Positions 10,579 to 20,183 of a stretch of 64,000 nt of DNA are shown one piece after another. How positions within the stretch are numbered: position 1 is the stretch's first letter; the number at the start of each line of letters is the position of its first letter. The notes under the pieces were generated by a model, which was not told the origin of the DNA, ran no database searches, and saw only the letters and a list, made by a program, of their open reading frames with translations. The stretch comes from an uncultured delta proteobacterium. Lineage in GTDB: Bacteria; Myxococcota; UBA727; VGSZ01. A program made the translations under genes and the position numbers. The stretch is from positions 21,927-85,926 of the forward strand of contig CAVZJB010000001.1 of assembly GCA_963775425.1 (NCBI GenBank), written 5' to 3'.

Positions 10579-11279
10579 CGCGCACCTCCTTCGTCGCTCG
10601 TCGGCCCGCCTGGGCGGAGCGGCTCATCGTACGTGCTCGCGGGCGCGCGCGAGCTCGCGGTCCCCGCGCGGGCGTCGGGCCCCGCGCCGTCGGCGTCCAT
10701 CAGGCCACCGAGGGCGGCGCGCAACACGCCGAGCGCCTGGTGGCGGCGCGACGCCACGGTGCCCTCGGGGACGCCGAGCACCGCGCCGATCTCCTTCGCG
10801 GTCATCCCGGAGAATTCCCCGAGCACCACCACGCGCCGCAGGCGCTCGGGCAGCGCGTCCACCGCGGCGCGCACCCGGCGGGCCTCGTCGGCGGCGTCGT
10901 CGTCGAGCGCCCGCCCCGCCGCGCGCAGGCCGTCCAGCGTCACCCAGCCCCACACGCGGCGCTGTCGACGTCGATTGGCCGCGAGGTTCACGGCGATGCG
11001 GTACACGAGCGCCTCCACCGTCTGCGCGCGCACGCGATCGCGCATCGACCACAGCTTCGCGAACGCGTCCTGCACGACGTCGGCGGCGTCCTCGCGGTTC
11101 CACAACCAGCGGTACACCACGTTGAAGACGCGCGGCTCGAGCCTCACGTACAGCGCCTCGAGCTGCGCCTGGTCGAACGGCGCGCTCGACGCCGCCGCGC
11201 TCGTGTCGGGCGCAGGCGGCGCGAGGGCCGCGCTCGGGGGCGCGGCGTCGTCGTCCGGTCGCGATTCGCTCGTCGTCAT
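10575..11279 (-). CDS. ECF sigma-70 factor
   Basis: Region 2 EDAADVVQDAFAKLW / LVYRIAVNLA; region 4 LPERLRRVVVL...TAKEIGAVLGVPEGTVASR. Confidence 0.92.
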   Translation of the reverse strand: MTTSESRPDDDAAPPSAALAPPAPDTSAAASSAPFDQAQLEALYVRLEPRVFNVVYRWLWNREDAADVVQDAFAKLWSMRDRVRAQTVEALVYRIAVNLAANRRRQRRVWGWVTLDGLRAAGRALDDDAADEARRVRAAVDALPERLRRVVVLGEFSGMTAKEIGAVLGVPEGTVASRRHQALGVLRAALGGLMDADGAGPDARAGTASSRAPASTYDEPLRPGGPTSDEGGAR

Positions 11280-11315
11280 CGCGGCCCCCTCGCCGTGGCA
11301 TGGTGGTCCGCGTCG

Positions 11316-12101
11316 TCACTCGCCGTCCACCGTGGCGCGCACGATGTAGAACGCCGTGAGCGTGCCCTTGTCCCCCGCCTGCGCGAGCGCCTCGTCGCTG
11401 AGCGCCACCGACGACGCGCCGCCGAGCATCACGCCCGCCTGGCCGAGGACGAGGCTCTTGCCGACGGGGATCTCGACGCGCGCGTTGAGCGCGCCCTTCA
11501 TGCGCGTGCCGCGCACGTCGATCTGGGCCACGACCTTGTCGCCGTGGAGCGACGCCGTCTGGCTCGCGTACGCCAACGAGCCCTCGACGCTGCCGCTGGA
11601 GCCGCTCTGCGACGACAGCGTCAGCCGCTCGAGGAGCGCGAGCTTCATCGGCCCCTGGCTCTTCTCGATGGCGTCGATGACGCCGGCGACCTCCGGCGCC
11701 ACGTCCTTGCCCGGCGTCCCCTCCGCCGCGCGGGCGCCGGCGACGATCCAATAGTCGAGCGTCACCGTCGGCGCGCGCACCGCGGGGCTGCTGCTCAGCT
11801 TGGCGATGGCCTCGGCGATGCCCGGTTGAAAGCCCGCGGGCGCCGAGACCAGGAGCTGCCCCGACGGCGTCAACGCCGCCGTCCCCCTCCGCGGCTGGTC
11901 CTTCCCGACCGACAGCAGGCCCTGGATGATGCCCTGGAATTCCGCGGCTTGCTCCGCGGGCACGTCGTAGGCCTTGAGCACCAACGGCTCGGCGCCGGCG
12001 ACGGCCGCGGCCGCGGGCGCGGCGGGGCAGGCCGACAGGAGGGCGGCGGCGGCGAGGACGAGGGCGACGGGGGCGAGGGCAAAGTGGGGCGAGCGGGTCA
12101 T
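11316..12101 (-). CDS. Lipoprotein with possible secretin-N-like domain
   Basis: Lipobox LSAC; LKAYDVP...GQLLVSAP...IAEAIAKL resembles secretin N domains; lies upstream of the ECF sigma in the same direction. Confidence 0.6.
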   Translation of the reverse strand: MTRSPHFALAPVALVLAAAALLSACPAAPAAAAVAGAEPLVLKAYDVPAEQAAEFQGIIQGLLSVGKDQPRRGTAALTPSGQLLVSAPAGFQPGIAEAIAKLSSSPAVRAPTVTLDYWIVAGARAAEGTPGKDVAPEVAGVIDAIEKSQGPMKLALLERLTLSSQSGSSGSVEGSLAYASQTASLHGDKVVAQIDVRGTRMKGALNARVEIPVGKSLVLGQAGVMLGGASSVALSDEALAQAGDKGTLTAFYIVRATVDGE

Positions 12102-12258
12102 GGGGTCTCCGTGGGTTCGGGCTTCGACCCCTTCCTACACGCGACCCGCGCGGATCCTTCACGCGGCCGGATCAGCGGCGCCGGAGGCAGCGGCCGCGCT
12201 TGATCGGCGCCGGACAAGCCTCGTTGTCGAGGCAGGATCCGTCGGCTAACCCGTCGCC

Positions 12259-13740
12259 ATGGCCTCATCGGAGACTGGCTTCTTCGCGCGCGTGGTGCCG
12301 CCGGCGGACACGCCCGCGCCGCGCTGGCACGTGTCGCCCCTCGTCGACCTCGCCGCGTACCACTACAGTTGGCTGTTCATCCTGGTGCCGCTCGCCTTGA
12401 GCGGCGACCGCCACCCCAAGGACTACCTCGGCATCTTCGCGTTCGGCATGACGCTGTCGCTCTGCCACCGCTACTACACCCTGCCGTACGTCTTCCTCGA
12501 CAAGCAGGTCTTTCAGCAGCACGTCACCCGCTTCACGCTGTTCTTCTACCTGTTGAACCTCGGCGGCGTCGCCTCGGCCTTCTTCTTCAAGTTCCGGGCG
12601 CCCAAGGGCTTCTACCTGCCCGTCGACGTCGCCATGGCCCTCGCCGGCCTCACCCTCGTCATCCAGTGCGTCGTCGCCGATCGCCGCGGCCACCGCTTCT
12701 CGGTGCGCGCGCTCGTCGCGGTGGCCGCGCCGTTCACGCTGGCGGTGGCGCTCGGGCTCGGCGGGGTGTTCACCGCGCACCACGAGGCCGTCGCCGTCGT
12801 CGTCAGCGTGCTGTTCGCCGCCGCGGGCGTCGTCGTCGCCCTCGAAGACCGCCCGCGCTTCCTCCTCGCCGCCGCGCCCGCCGTCGCCGCCGGCGCGGCC
12901 GTCGTCACGGTGCTTTTGCACGCACCCACGCTCGCCGAGGGGCGCGTGAAGGGCAGCGCCATCGTCGGCATCGTCGGCGTCGTCGCCGCCACGTGGAACG
13001 TCTGGCACACGCTCATGCAGAAGTTCGGCATCATGCGCGTGTACGCGGCCAAGTCGCCGGTCCCCGTCGAGAAGCGCACGCCGCCGTGGGTGGATCGCCT
13101 CTTGATCTTCGGCTCCTTCCCGCTGCTCGCGGTGTGGATCGGGCCATCGCAAAGGGAGACGCTCCTGCACCAGTCCCGGTCGGTGACGCAGTACCTGATG
13201 CCGCTCGTCGACGGTTTCGCGGTCGCGCAGCCCTACCTGCTCGTGCCCTTCGGCCTGTTGTCCGCGGCGTCCCTCGGCTTGTTCGTCTGGTACGAGCGCC
13301 GCGCCGACGGCTTCACAGGTTGGCCGCGCGTGTCCATGGCGCTCGCGCTCACCTTGTTGAACGCGAGCTTCCTCGTGTTGAGCCCGCTCAAGGTCTACAT
13401 CGCGTACGGCTTCTCGCACGCCGTCGAGTACATGGTGTTCGTCTGGGCGTTCCTGCGTCGCCGCTACGCCAGACCGCTGGCGCACGAGCCGCTTTTGCAG
13501 AAGGCGCTTCGGCGGCCGTGGCTCGCGTACGGCGTGTTCACGCTCACCATCGGCCTCACGTTCTTCGTCACGCAGTACGGGCCCAAGCTCGGCTTCGTCG
13601 AGCACGGGGGCTTCTCGGTGTTCGGCGTGAAGGTGTCGGCGTGGCTGTTCTCGTTCGCCATCTGGCAGTCGCTGGCGCACTTCTACTTCGACGGGTTCCT
13701 GTGGAAGATGCGCCTGCCCGCCGTGCGAGCGAGCCTGTGA
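12259..13740 (+). CDS. Polytopic membrane protein with conserved His motifs (paralog of 23576..24628)
   Basis: Many TM helices; motifs HRYYT, WHTLMQKFGIMRVY, HAVEY, HFYFDGFLW. Confidence 0.8.
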   Translation: MASSETGFFARVVPPADTPAPRWHVSPLVDLAAYHYSWLFILVPLALSGDRHPKDYLGIFAFGMTLSLCHRYYTLPYVFLDKQVFQQHVTRFTLFFYLLNLGGVASAFFFKFRAPKGFYLPVDVAMALAGLTLVIQCVVADRRGHRFSVRALVAVAAPFTLAVALGLGGVFTAHHEAVAVVVSVLFAAAGVVVALEDRPRFLLAAAPAVAAGAAVVTVLLHAPTLAEGRVKGSAIVGIVGVVAATWNVWHTLMQKFGIMRVYAAKSPVPVEKRTPPWVDRLLIFGSFPLLAVWIGPSQRETLLHQSRSVTQYLMPLVDGFAVAQPYLLVPFGLLSAASLGLFVWYERRADGFTGWPRVSMALALTLLNASFLVLSPLKVYIAYGFSHAVEYMVFVWAFLRRRYARPLAHEPLLQKALRRPWLAYGVFTLTIGLTFFVTQYGPKLGFVEHGGFSVFGVKVSAWLFSFAIWQSLAHFYFDGFLWKMRLPAVRASL

Positions 13741-13741
13741 G

Positions 13742-14410
13742 CTAGCGCAGCGCGCAAGCGGCGACGGCGACGCCGAGGAGGGCGCCGCCGCTCGCGGCGG
13801 CCATGACGTCGCGGGTCGTTCCGCCGAGCCCGTACGCGCGCAGCGCGGCGCACGCGCCGGCACCGACGACGGCGCCGACGACGACGGCGACGAGCGCGCG
13901 CACGTGAAAGGGCGGCGCAGGAGCGGCCCGGCGTGACACGGGTGGGGCGAGGGCGACGCCGGCGACGACGACGGCGACCCCCACCGGCGTGCCGAAGCGG
14001 TTGATTGCGCGCCACGGGACGAGGGCGTGCAGCGCGCCGTCGTGCTCGGCGAGCGCGTCCCACAAGACGTGCAGCGCGGCGCCGACGACGAGGGCGGCGA
14101 CGACGTCGACGAGCCCCCGCGCCCGCAGCCTGCGGGTCAAGGCGGGGGCGAAGCGCGCGCCGAACCACGGCGGGAGCGCGCGCGCGAGGCCGGGGCCGGC
14201 GACGTCGAGGAGGGCGACGAGCGCGAAGCCCGCGACGACGCCGGCCAGGAACACGGCGCCGGGGTGCGGGTGGAGGCGCTCGGTCGCGGACAGCGTCGCG
14301 AAGTATTCGAAGTCCGCGCCGACGGTGCCGCACACGAGCGCAGCCCCGTCGAGGCGGCGCACGCGCGCGAGCGGCACGACGGCGGCAGGGTGGACGAAGG
14401 CCATGGCCAT
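13742..14410 (-). CDS. DUF4184-like membrane protein
   Basis: N-terminal HPAAVVPL...[14 protein letters not shown] and HVLWDA motifs. Confidence 0.65.
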   Translation of the reverse strand: MAMAFVHPAAVVPLARVRRLDGAALVCGTVGADFEYFATLSATERLHPHPGAVFLAGVVAGFALVALLDVAGPGLARALPPWFGARFAPALTRRLRARGLVDVVAALVVGAALHVLWDALAEHDGALHALVPWRAINRFGTPVGVAVVVAGVALAPPVSRRAAPAPPFHVRALVAVVVGAVVGAGACAALRAYGLGGTTRDVMAAASGGALLGVAVAACALR

Positions 14411-14446
14411 GGTACGGTCCGCCCCAGATCATCCGAGGAGAGCGAC

Positions 14447-15421
14447 ATGGCAACCGTGCTCGAGCAGCTCAAGGCATTCACCGTCGTCGTGGCCGACACC
14501 GGCGACTTCGAGTCCATCAAGAAGTTCCGTCCCCGCGACGCCACCACCAACCCGTCGCTCATCAAGGCCGCCGCGGACCTGCCCCAGTACCAGAGCGTCG
14601 TCGACAACGCGCTCAAGTGGGCCAAGGCCGAGTCCAAGGACAAGTCGGCCAAGGCCGTCACCGGCCTCGCGCTCGATCGCCTCGCCGTCGAGTTCGGCAC
14701 CGAGATCTTGAAGGTGGTCCCCGGCCGCGTCTCCACCGAGGTGGACGCGCGCATCAGCTACGACACCGACAAGTCCATCGAGAAGGCGCGCTTCCTCATC
14801 GGCATGTACGAGAAGGGCGGCATCAAGCGCGACCGCATCCTCATCAAGCTCGCCTCCACCTGGGAGGGCATCCGCGCCGCGGAGGTCCTCGAGAAGGAAG
14901 GCATCCACTGCAACCTCACGCTGCTGTTCGGCTTCCACCAGGCCGTCGCCTGCGCCGAGGCCGGCGTCACGCTCATCTCGCCGTTCGTGGGCCGCATCCT
15001 CGACTGGTACAAGAAGTCGACGGGCAAGGACTCGTTCCCGGCGCCCGAAGATCCCGGCGTGCTGTCGGTGACCAAGATCTACAACTACTACAAGAAGCAC
15101 GGCTACAAGACCGAGGTCATGGGCGCGAGCTTCCGGAACGTCGGCGAGATCACCGAGCTCGCGGGCTGCGACCTCCTCACCATCGCGCCCAAGCTCCTCG
15201 CCGAGCTCGACGGCATGACCGAGGACCTGACGCGCAAGCTCGATCCCAAGATGTCGGCCGAGCGGGCCGGGGACAAGATCCACGTCGACAAGGCCACCTT
15301 CGACAAGATGCACGCCGAGGACAAGATGGCCAACGACAAGCTGAAGGAAGGCATCGAGGGCTTCAGCAAGGCCATCGTCGAGCTCGAGGCGTCCTTGGAA
15401 AAGCGCGTCGCGCAGCTTTGA
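14447..15421 (+). CDS. tal: Transaldolase
   Basis: [42 protein letters not shown] (Schiff-base Lys), [18 protein letters not shown]; GAGGAG RBS upstream. Confidence 0.97.
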   Translation: MATVLEQLKAFTVVVADTGDFESIKKFRPRDATTNPSLIKAAADLPQYQSVVDNALKWAKAESKDKSAKAVTGLALDRLAVEFGTEILKVVPGRVSTEVDARISYDTDKSIEKARFLIGMYEKGGIKRDRILIKLASTWEGIRAAEVLEKEGIHCNLTLLFGFHQAVACAEAGVTLISPFVGRILDWYKKSTGKDSFPAPEDPGVLSVTKIYNYYKKHGYKTEVMGASFRNVGEITELAGCDLLTIAPKLLAELDGMTEDLTRKLDPKMSAERAGDKIHVDKATFDKMHAEDKMANDKLKEGIEGFSKAIVELEASLEKRVAQL

Positions 15422-15474
15422 TCGGCGCGGCCGCTCCTCCGCTCGCATGATGGGCTGATCGGCGCGGGCGCGCG

Positions 15475-15957
15475 TCACTTGCGGGTGAGGACCTCGGTGT
15501 CGTCGTCGATGCCATCGAGGCCCTCCATCTCGTCGAGGACGTCGACCTCGTCGAGCATCGCCTGGATCTCGGCCATCACGTGCGGCGGGATGAGGTCGGC
15601 GGCGGTGCCCGAGATGGTCGGCTCCCCGGGCGCGGGCGGCTCCCACATCGACGGCGGCACCGGCTCCCGCGTCACCTCGACGATGCCGGCGAGCCGGACG
15701 AGCCCGCGGTCCCACAGAGACCCCACGGCGATGACGAGGTCGGCGGCGCTCAAGCCGCACTTCTTGCGCACCCGCGCCACGGGTCGCACCCCGTCGATGA
15801 GGCCGGCGACGTGCCGCTCGAACGGTGGCAGGTCGGCCGGCAGCTCCGCCGACACCGCGAGCACCGCGTCGGGGCGGAACAGCTCCTCGCGCCGCGCGGC
15901 CTCCTCGAGCGTCGCCGGCCGGATGCGCCCCGTGACCCGTGCCCCTTGCTTCATCAT
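15475..15957 (-). CDS. Hypothetical protein with winged-helix-like core and acidic tail (paralog A)
   Basis: HVAGLIDGVRPVARVRKKCGLS...LWDRGLVRL and IPPHVMAEIQAMLDE; similar to 16797..17324. Confidence 0.7.
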   Translation of the reverse strand: MMKQGARVTGRIRPATLEEAARREELFRPDAVLAVSAELPADLPPFERHVAGLIDGVRPVARVRKKCGLSAADLVIAVGSLWDRGLVRLAGIVEVTREPVPPSMWEPPAPGEPTISGTAADLIPPHVMAEIQAMLDEVDVLDEMEGLDGIDDDTEVLTRK

Positions 15958-16020
15958 GACGATCTACGCTCGAGGCGCCGCCGCGCGATCCCGCGCGCCA
16001 ACCGCCGGCACGAGGTCACC

Positions 16021-16773
16021 GTGGTCGCGCTCGCCCTCGCATGCATCGTCGTCCTTCAGATCCCCCCCGGCGCGCACAAGGAGCCCGCCGGCTTCGTCGC
16101 CGGCACCCCCGAGGGGAGCTTCGCCGCGGCGTGGCGCGCCCTCGGACGCACCCACAACGCGTGCGACGACAGAGACCTCGGCTACGACTACTGGCCCGAC
16201 GGCGGCATCCGCAACTTCTACTGCCACGCGCTCAGCGTCATGTCGTGGCGCGCGCTCCTGAAGCTCGCCCCGATGAAGCCGTGGCTGCGGGGCCCCCACG
16301 GGCGGTGGAAGGAGGGCAAGCTCGCGCTCCACGATCGCCACGACTTCGGCCGCTACAACCCCGCCTTCGTGCGCTGGCTCGTCGACAACGCCGTGCCCGC
16401 CGCCGGCGACGCCGAGCTCCGCGAGGAGACGCAGCCGCTGTACGACGCCGACGTCAAGAAGCTCGCGCGCGTCTACTTCGTCGTCTACCGGCACATCGAG
16501 GCGCGGCCCGCGTGGAAGAAGCGCGAGCGCGCGCTCTACCTGAAGACCATGGACGAGAAGAACCCGGACTGGGGCTCGTTCTACGACAAGTACTCGGAGC
16601 TGCTCGGCGACGCCGGCCACGACTGGGGCGGCTACGACCCGAACCTCCAAAGCGCCGCCGCGGCCTTCTGGCTGCGCCGCGACGTCGACGGCACGGCGCC
16701 GTTGTTCTTCGAGGGCCTCGACAAGCTCCTGCGCACCTACGACGCCGCCTGGCGCAGCGCGCACGAGCGCTGA
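16021..16773 (+). CDS. Exported hypothetical protein
   Basis: GTG start with hydrophobic N-terminus; aromatic-rich globular sequence (GRYNPAFVRW, FWLRRDVDGT). Confidence 0.7.
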   Translation: MVALALACIVVLQIPPGAHKEPAGFVAGTPEGSFAAAWRALGRTHNACDDRDLGYDYWPDGGIRNFYCHALSVMSWRALLKLAPMKPWLRGPHGRWKEGKLALHDRHDFGRYNPAFVRWLVDNAVPAAGDAELREETQPLYDADVKKLARVYFVVYRHIEARPAWKKRERALYLKTMDEKNPDWGSFYDKYSELLGDAGHDWGGYDPNLQSAAAAFWLRRDVDGTAPLFFEGLDKLLRTYDAAWRSAHER

Positions 16774-16796
16774 CGCGGAGCCGGGCCGGCCGCGCC

Positions 16797-17324
16797 CTAC
16801 GGGTCGGCGTCGTCCGGGAGGGCCGTCTCGGTGGTGATCTCGTCGTCGAAGGCGTCGGCGGCGCCCTCCTCGTCGGCGCGCTTGCGCTCCTCCTCGTCGA
16901 TCATCGACTGGATCTCGTCCATGACGTGCGGCGGGATGACGTCGCCGGCGCCCTTGGGCACCGTCGCGTCCGTGGGGTACTCGGCGCGATCGGTGCCCCA
17001 GGGGATGAACGCCTGCTCCACCACGCCGACCAGCTCCAGCAGGCCGCGGGTGTGCAGCATGCCGAGCGCGACGCGCAGGTCCTCCGAGGACAGGCCGCTC
17101 TTCTTGCGCAGCCGCGCCACGGGGCGAAAGCCGTCGATGGTGCCGGCGACGTGGCTCTCGACGGCGCTCACGTCCGCCGGCAGCGCCTCGGTCAGCGCCA
17201 GGACGGAGTCCGCGCGAAAGAGCGTCTCGGACGAGGCGCGCTCCGCCGCGGTGGGTCTGCGCGTGCGCCCGACCCGCGTCTCCTTGCTCTCGCCGTCGAA
17301 GAGGTCGTCGTCTCCGGTTCCCAT
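16797..17324 (-). CDS. Hypothetical protein with winged-helix-like core and acidic tail (paralog B)
   Basis: HVAGTIDGFRPVARLRKKSGLS...LHTRGLLEL and IPPHVMDEIQSMIDE. Confidence 0.7.
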   Translation of the reverse strand: MGTGDDDLFDGESKETRVGRTRRPTAAERASSETLFRADSVLALTEALPADVSAVESHVAGTIDGFRPVARLRKKSGLSSEDLRVALGMLHTRGLLELVGVVEQAFIPWGTDRAEYPTDATVPKGAGDVIPPHVMDEIQSMIDEEERKRADEEGAADAFDDEITTETALPDDADP

Positions 17325-17346
17325 CGCCGTTCTCCGCCGCGAGAGT

Positions 17347-18129
17347 CTATGCCATCCAGACATCGCCGGCGCGAACGGTGTGCGACGCGCCGGCGTCGTC
17401 GACGAGGACGAGCGCTCCTTCTTCGTCGATGGCGTGGGCCAGGCCGGTGACGCCGTCGACGGTCACGCGGCGCCCGAGCGTGGCGCTGCGTGCGCGCAGC
17501 TTCGCGAGCGTGGCGCCGAAGTCGTCGCGCGCGCCCGCGAGGGCGTCCGGCATGCGCGCGCGCACCGCGGCGAGCACGTCGCCAGCGCCCCCGGAGAAGC
17601 CTGCGTCGGCGAGGGCCCCCGCGGTGTTGGCGATGTCCTCCGGCCAACCCTCCGCCGGCGCCTTCACGTTGACGCCGACGCCGAGCACGCACGTGTCGAG
17701 CAACGCGCCCATGCGCACCACCTCGATCAAGACGCCGCCGACCTTGCGAAACGGGCCGAGCCGCCCGGCGGCGGCGCCGGCAGGCGCGCGGATGACGAGG
17801 TCGTTCGGCCACTTGACGAGCGCCTCGACGCCGAGCGCCGACAGCGCGTCGAGCGCGCCGGCGGCGGCGCCGAGCGTCAGGCGCGGCGCGTGGCGCGCGG
17901 CGCAGCGTGGGTGAAGCACCACCGAGAGCGCGAGCCCTTCGGCGGGCGCCAACCACGCGCGTCCGAGGCGGCCGTGCCCCGCCGTCTGGCGCGCGGCGAC
18001 GACGCAGGTGCCGTCGGGCACGCGCTCGGCCATCTCGCGCGCGGCGATCTGCGTGGAGTCCACCTCGTCGAGCCGAACGACGGGCGCTCCCTCCCACGAG
18101 TCGGTGCGGGGCGGCGGCGAGGAGCGCAC
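17347..18129 (-). CDS. birA: Biotin--[acetyl-CoA-carboxylase] ligase without N-terminal HTH
   Basis: VDSTQ, QTAGHGRLGRAW, KWPND, KVGGVLIE, GVGVNV motifs. Confidence 0.93.
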   Translation of the reverse strand: MRSSPPPRTDSWEGAPVVRLDEVDSTQIAAREMAERVPDGTCVVAARQTAGHGRLGRAWLAPAEGLALSVVLHPRCAARHAPRLTLGAAAGALDALSALGVEALVKWPNDLVIRAPAGAAAGRLGPFRKVGGVLIEVVRMGALLDTCVLGVGVNVKAPAEGWPEDIANTAGALADAGFSGGAGDVLAAVRARMPDALAGARDDFGATLAKLRARSATLGRRVTVDGVTGLAHAIDEEGALVLVDDAGASHTVRAGDVWMA

Positions 18130-18133
18130 GACG

Positions 18134-18994
18134 TCACCCGAGGAGCTTGAGCTTCATCGAGAGGTCCACGCTCTTGGCCTGGTGCGTCAGCGCGCCCATG
18201 GACACGAGGTCGACGCCCGCCGCCGCCACGCGCGGCAGGCGCTCCACCGTCATGTTGCCCGAGGCCTCGACGATGACGCGGCGCCCCGTGCTCTTTTCGT
18301 GCGCGCGGATGCGGGCGACGCTCTGCGCGAGCAGCGCGTCGTCCATGTTGTCGAGGAGGACGGCGTCGGCGCCGGCGGCGAGGCACTCGTCCACCTGCGC
18401 GAGCGAGCCGGCCTCGATCTCGATCTTCAACAGGTGGTGCACGTGCGCTCGCGCGCGCGACGCGGCGGCGGCGATGCCGCCCGCGGCCTCGATGTGGTTG
18501 TCCTTGATGAGGACTCCGTCGAAGAGCCCCATGCGGTGGCTGCCGGCGCCGCCCGCCTGCACCGCGGCCTTCTCGAGCGCCCGCCAGCCCGGCGTGGTCT
18601 TGCGGGTGTCCACCACGCGCGTGGCGGTGCCTTGGAGAACCTTGCTCACGGCCCGCGCCTGGGTGGCGATGCCCGACAGCCGCATGAGGAAGTTCAACGC
18701 GGGGCGCTCGCCGACGAGCAGGCTCCGGGCGCGGCCGCGCGCGGTGATGACGACGGTGCCACTGTCGACCTCGTCGCCGTCGCGCTGATGGGCCTCGATG
18801 ACGACCTCCGGATCGAGGCGGGCGAACACGCGGCGAAAGACGTCGACCCCGAACAGAACCAGCGTTTCCTTCGCGCGCACGAACGCCTCGGCCTGCGCGT
18901 CCGGGCGCACGCACGCGAGGGTGGTGACGTCGCCGGAGGGGCCGAGGTCTTCGTCGAAGGCGAGGTCGATGAGGCGGTCGAGGTGCGCGGACAT
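18134..18994 (-). CDS. nadC: Nicotinate-nucleotide diphosphorylase (carboxylating)
   Basis: EDLGPSGDVTT, ERPALNFL, DTRKTTPG, HRMGLFDGVLIKDNH, LLDNM, EASGN. Confidence 0.97.
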   Translation of the reverse strand: MSAHLDRLIDLAFDEDLGPSGDVTTLACVRPDAQAEAFVRAKETLVLFGVDVFRRVFARLDPEVVIEAHQRDGDEVDSGTVVITARGRARSLLVGERPALNFLMRLSGIATQARAVSKVLQGTATRVVDTRKTTPGWRALEKAAVQAGGAGSHRMGLFDGVLIKDNHIEAAGGIAAAASRARAHVHHLLKIEIEAGSLAQVDECLAAGADAVLLDNMDDALLAQSVARIRAHEKSTGRRVIVEASGNMTVERLPRVAAAGVDLVSMGALTHQAKSVDLSMKLKLLG

Positions 18995-19062
18995 GAGTCG
19001 CTTTTGCCTACCACATCCACCGCTGTGGGACGTCGGGGCTCAAAGTTTAGGCGGATCTGCCG

Positions 19063-19713
19063 ATGGGTGGAAAGCTGATCGTGAGGTCATCGGTGAGATC
19101 CAGGGGTTTCTCCCTCATAGAGATGATGCTGGTCATCGCGATCCTCGCGGTGCTCGCGGCGCTCGCGGTCCCGGCGATGAGCCCGCGCATCGACGAGGCC
19201 GAGCTGTCCGGCACCGCCGACGGCGTCGCCGCGCTCCTGTGGCGCGCGCAGGCGGAGGCGATGGCCACCAAGCGCTGCGTGCGCGTGCGCATCGAAGGCA
19301 CCGAGATCGTCGCGGAGCGGCTCAACGCCTACGACTGCGACGTCTCGCCGGCGACGGCGCCGCTCATCGACACCACGGCGGCGCGTTGGATCGAGGTCGC
19401 GCGCTTCCGCCTCGACGGATCGCTGATGACCGCCACGTTCGATCCGGTGCCCGCCGGGACCAGCGCGTCGAGCACCGGCGCCAACAACGACGAGGGCGTC
19501 GACCAGATCCGCTTTCGTCCCTCGGGGCGCCTGTTCAGTCGCGACGACGATCCCGAAAACGACGACGGCGTCATCAAGATCACCCACACGCGCATGGCCG
19601 AGAACTTCGTGCACAACAGCAAGAAGATCCTCGTCGAGGCCCAGGGCCTCGTCTGCGTGCTCCCGCGCGGCGTCGACCCCACCGGCTCCGGCAACAACCT
19701 CTCGTGTCCCTGA
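19063..19713 (+). CDS. FimU/FimT/GspH-like minor pilin
   Basis: Class III signal G|FSLIEMMLVIAILAVLAALAVP, AQAEAM motif, IRFRPSG. Start may be slightly downstream. Confidence 0.85.
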   Translation: MGGKLIVRSSVRSRGFSLIEMMLVIAILAVLAALAVPAMSPRIDEAELSGTADGVAALLWRAQAEAMATKRCVRVRIEGTEIVAERLNAYDCDVSPATAPLIDTTAARWIEVARFRLDGSLMTATFDPVPAGTSASSTGANNDEGVDQIRFRPSGRLFSRDDDPENDDGVIKITHTRMAENFVHNSKKILVEAQGLVCVLPRGVDPTGSGNNLSCP

Positions 19714-19721
19714 AGGTGCCC

Positions 19722-20183
19722 ATGCCCGTCGAAACCGAAGCACCAGCGAGCAGCCGCGGCAGGCGCCGCAAGCGCGCGCCGGGCGGCTGGCTGATGGTCG
19801 AGGTCGGCGTCGGCGGCGTCATGGCCTCGGTGGTCCTCGCCTCGCTCCTGGCCAACGTCGGCGACTCCATGCGCCGCACCGTCGTCGTCGGCCGCGAGCT
19901 CACCGCAGGCATGCTCTGCCAGCAGGGCATCGAGCAGGCGCGCGCGGTGCAAAACCCCGTCACCAGCCTCGCCGACGGCAACAACGTCGACATCGGCGTG
20001 CCTGGCGGGCTCACGGGCACCTACGCCCGGACGCGCACCATCACCTCGGGCACCGACACCGTCGGCGCGCTCCCCGTCGTCTTCAAGGACGTGCAGGTCA
20101 CCGTCACCTTCCCGACCAGCGAAGGCATCACCAAGACCGTGAAGATGGAGACCCGCATCTACCAGGCGGGCAACAGCCCGTGA
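19722..20183 (+). CDS. PilV/GspI-like minor pilin
   Basis: Basic leader, G|WLMVE with E5, A...QQGIEQAR, KDVQVTVTF. Confidence 0.75.
   Translation: MPVETEAPASSRGRRRKRAPGGWLMVEVGVGGVMASVVLASLLANVGDSMRRTVVVGRELTAGMLCQQGIEQARAVQNPVTSLADGNNVDIGVPGGLTGTYARTRTITSGTDTVGALPVVFKDVQVTVTFPTSEGITKTVKMETRIYQAGNSP

Noticed and set aside
7599-12203. 1534-aa plus-strand ORF and many similar long Arg/Ala/Pro-rich ORFs
   Set aside because: These are shadow frames of high-GC DNA overlapping well-supported genes, with no recognisable motifs.
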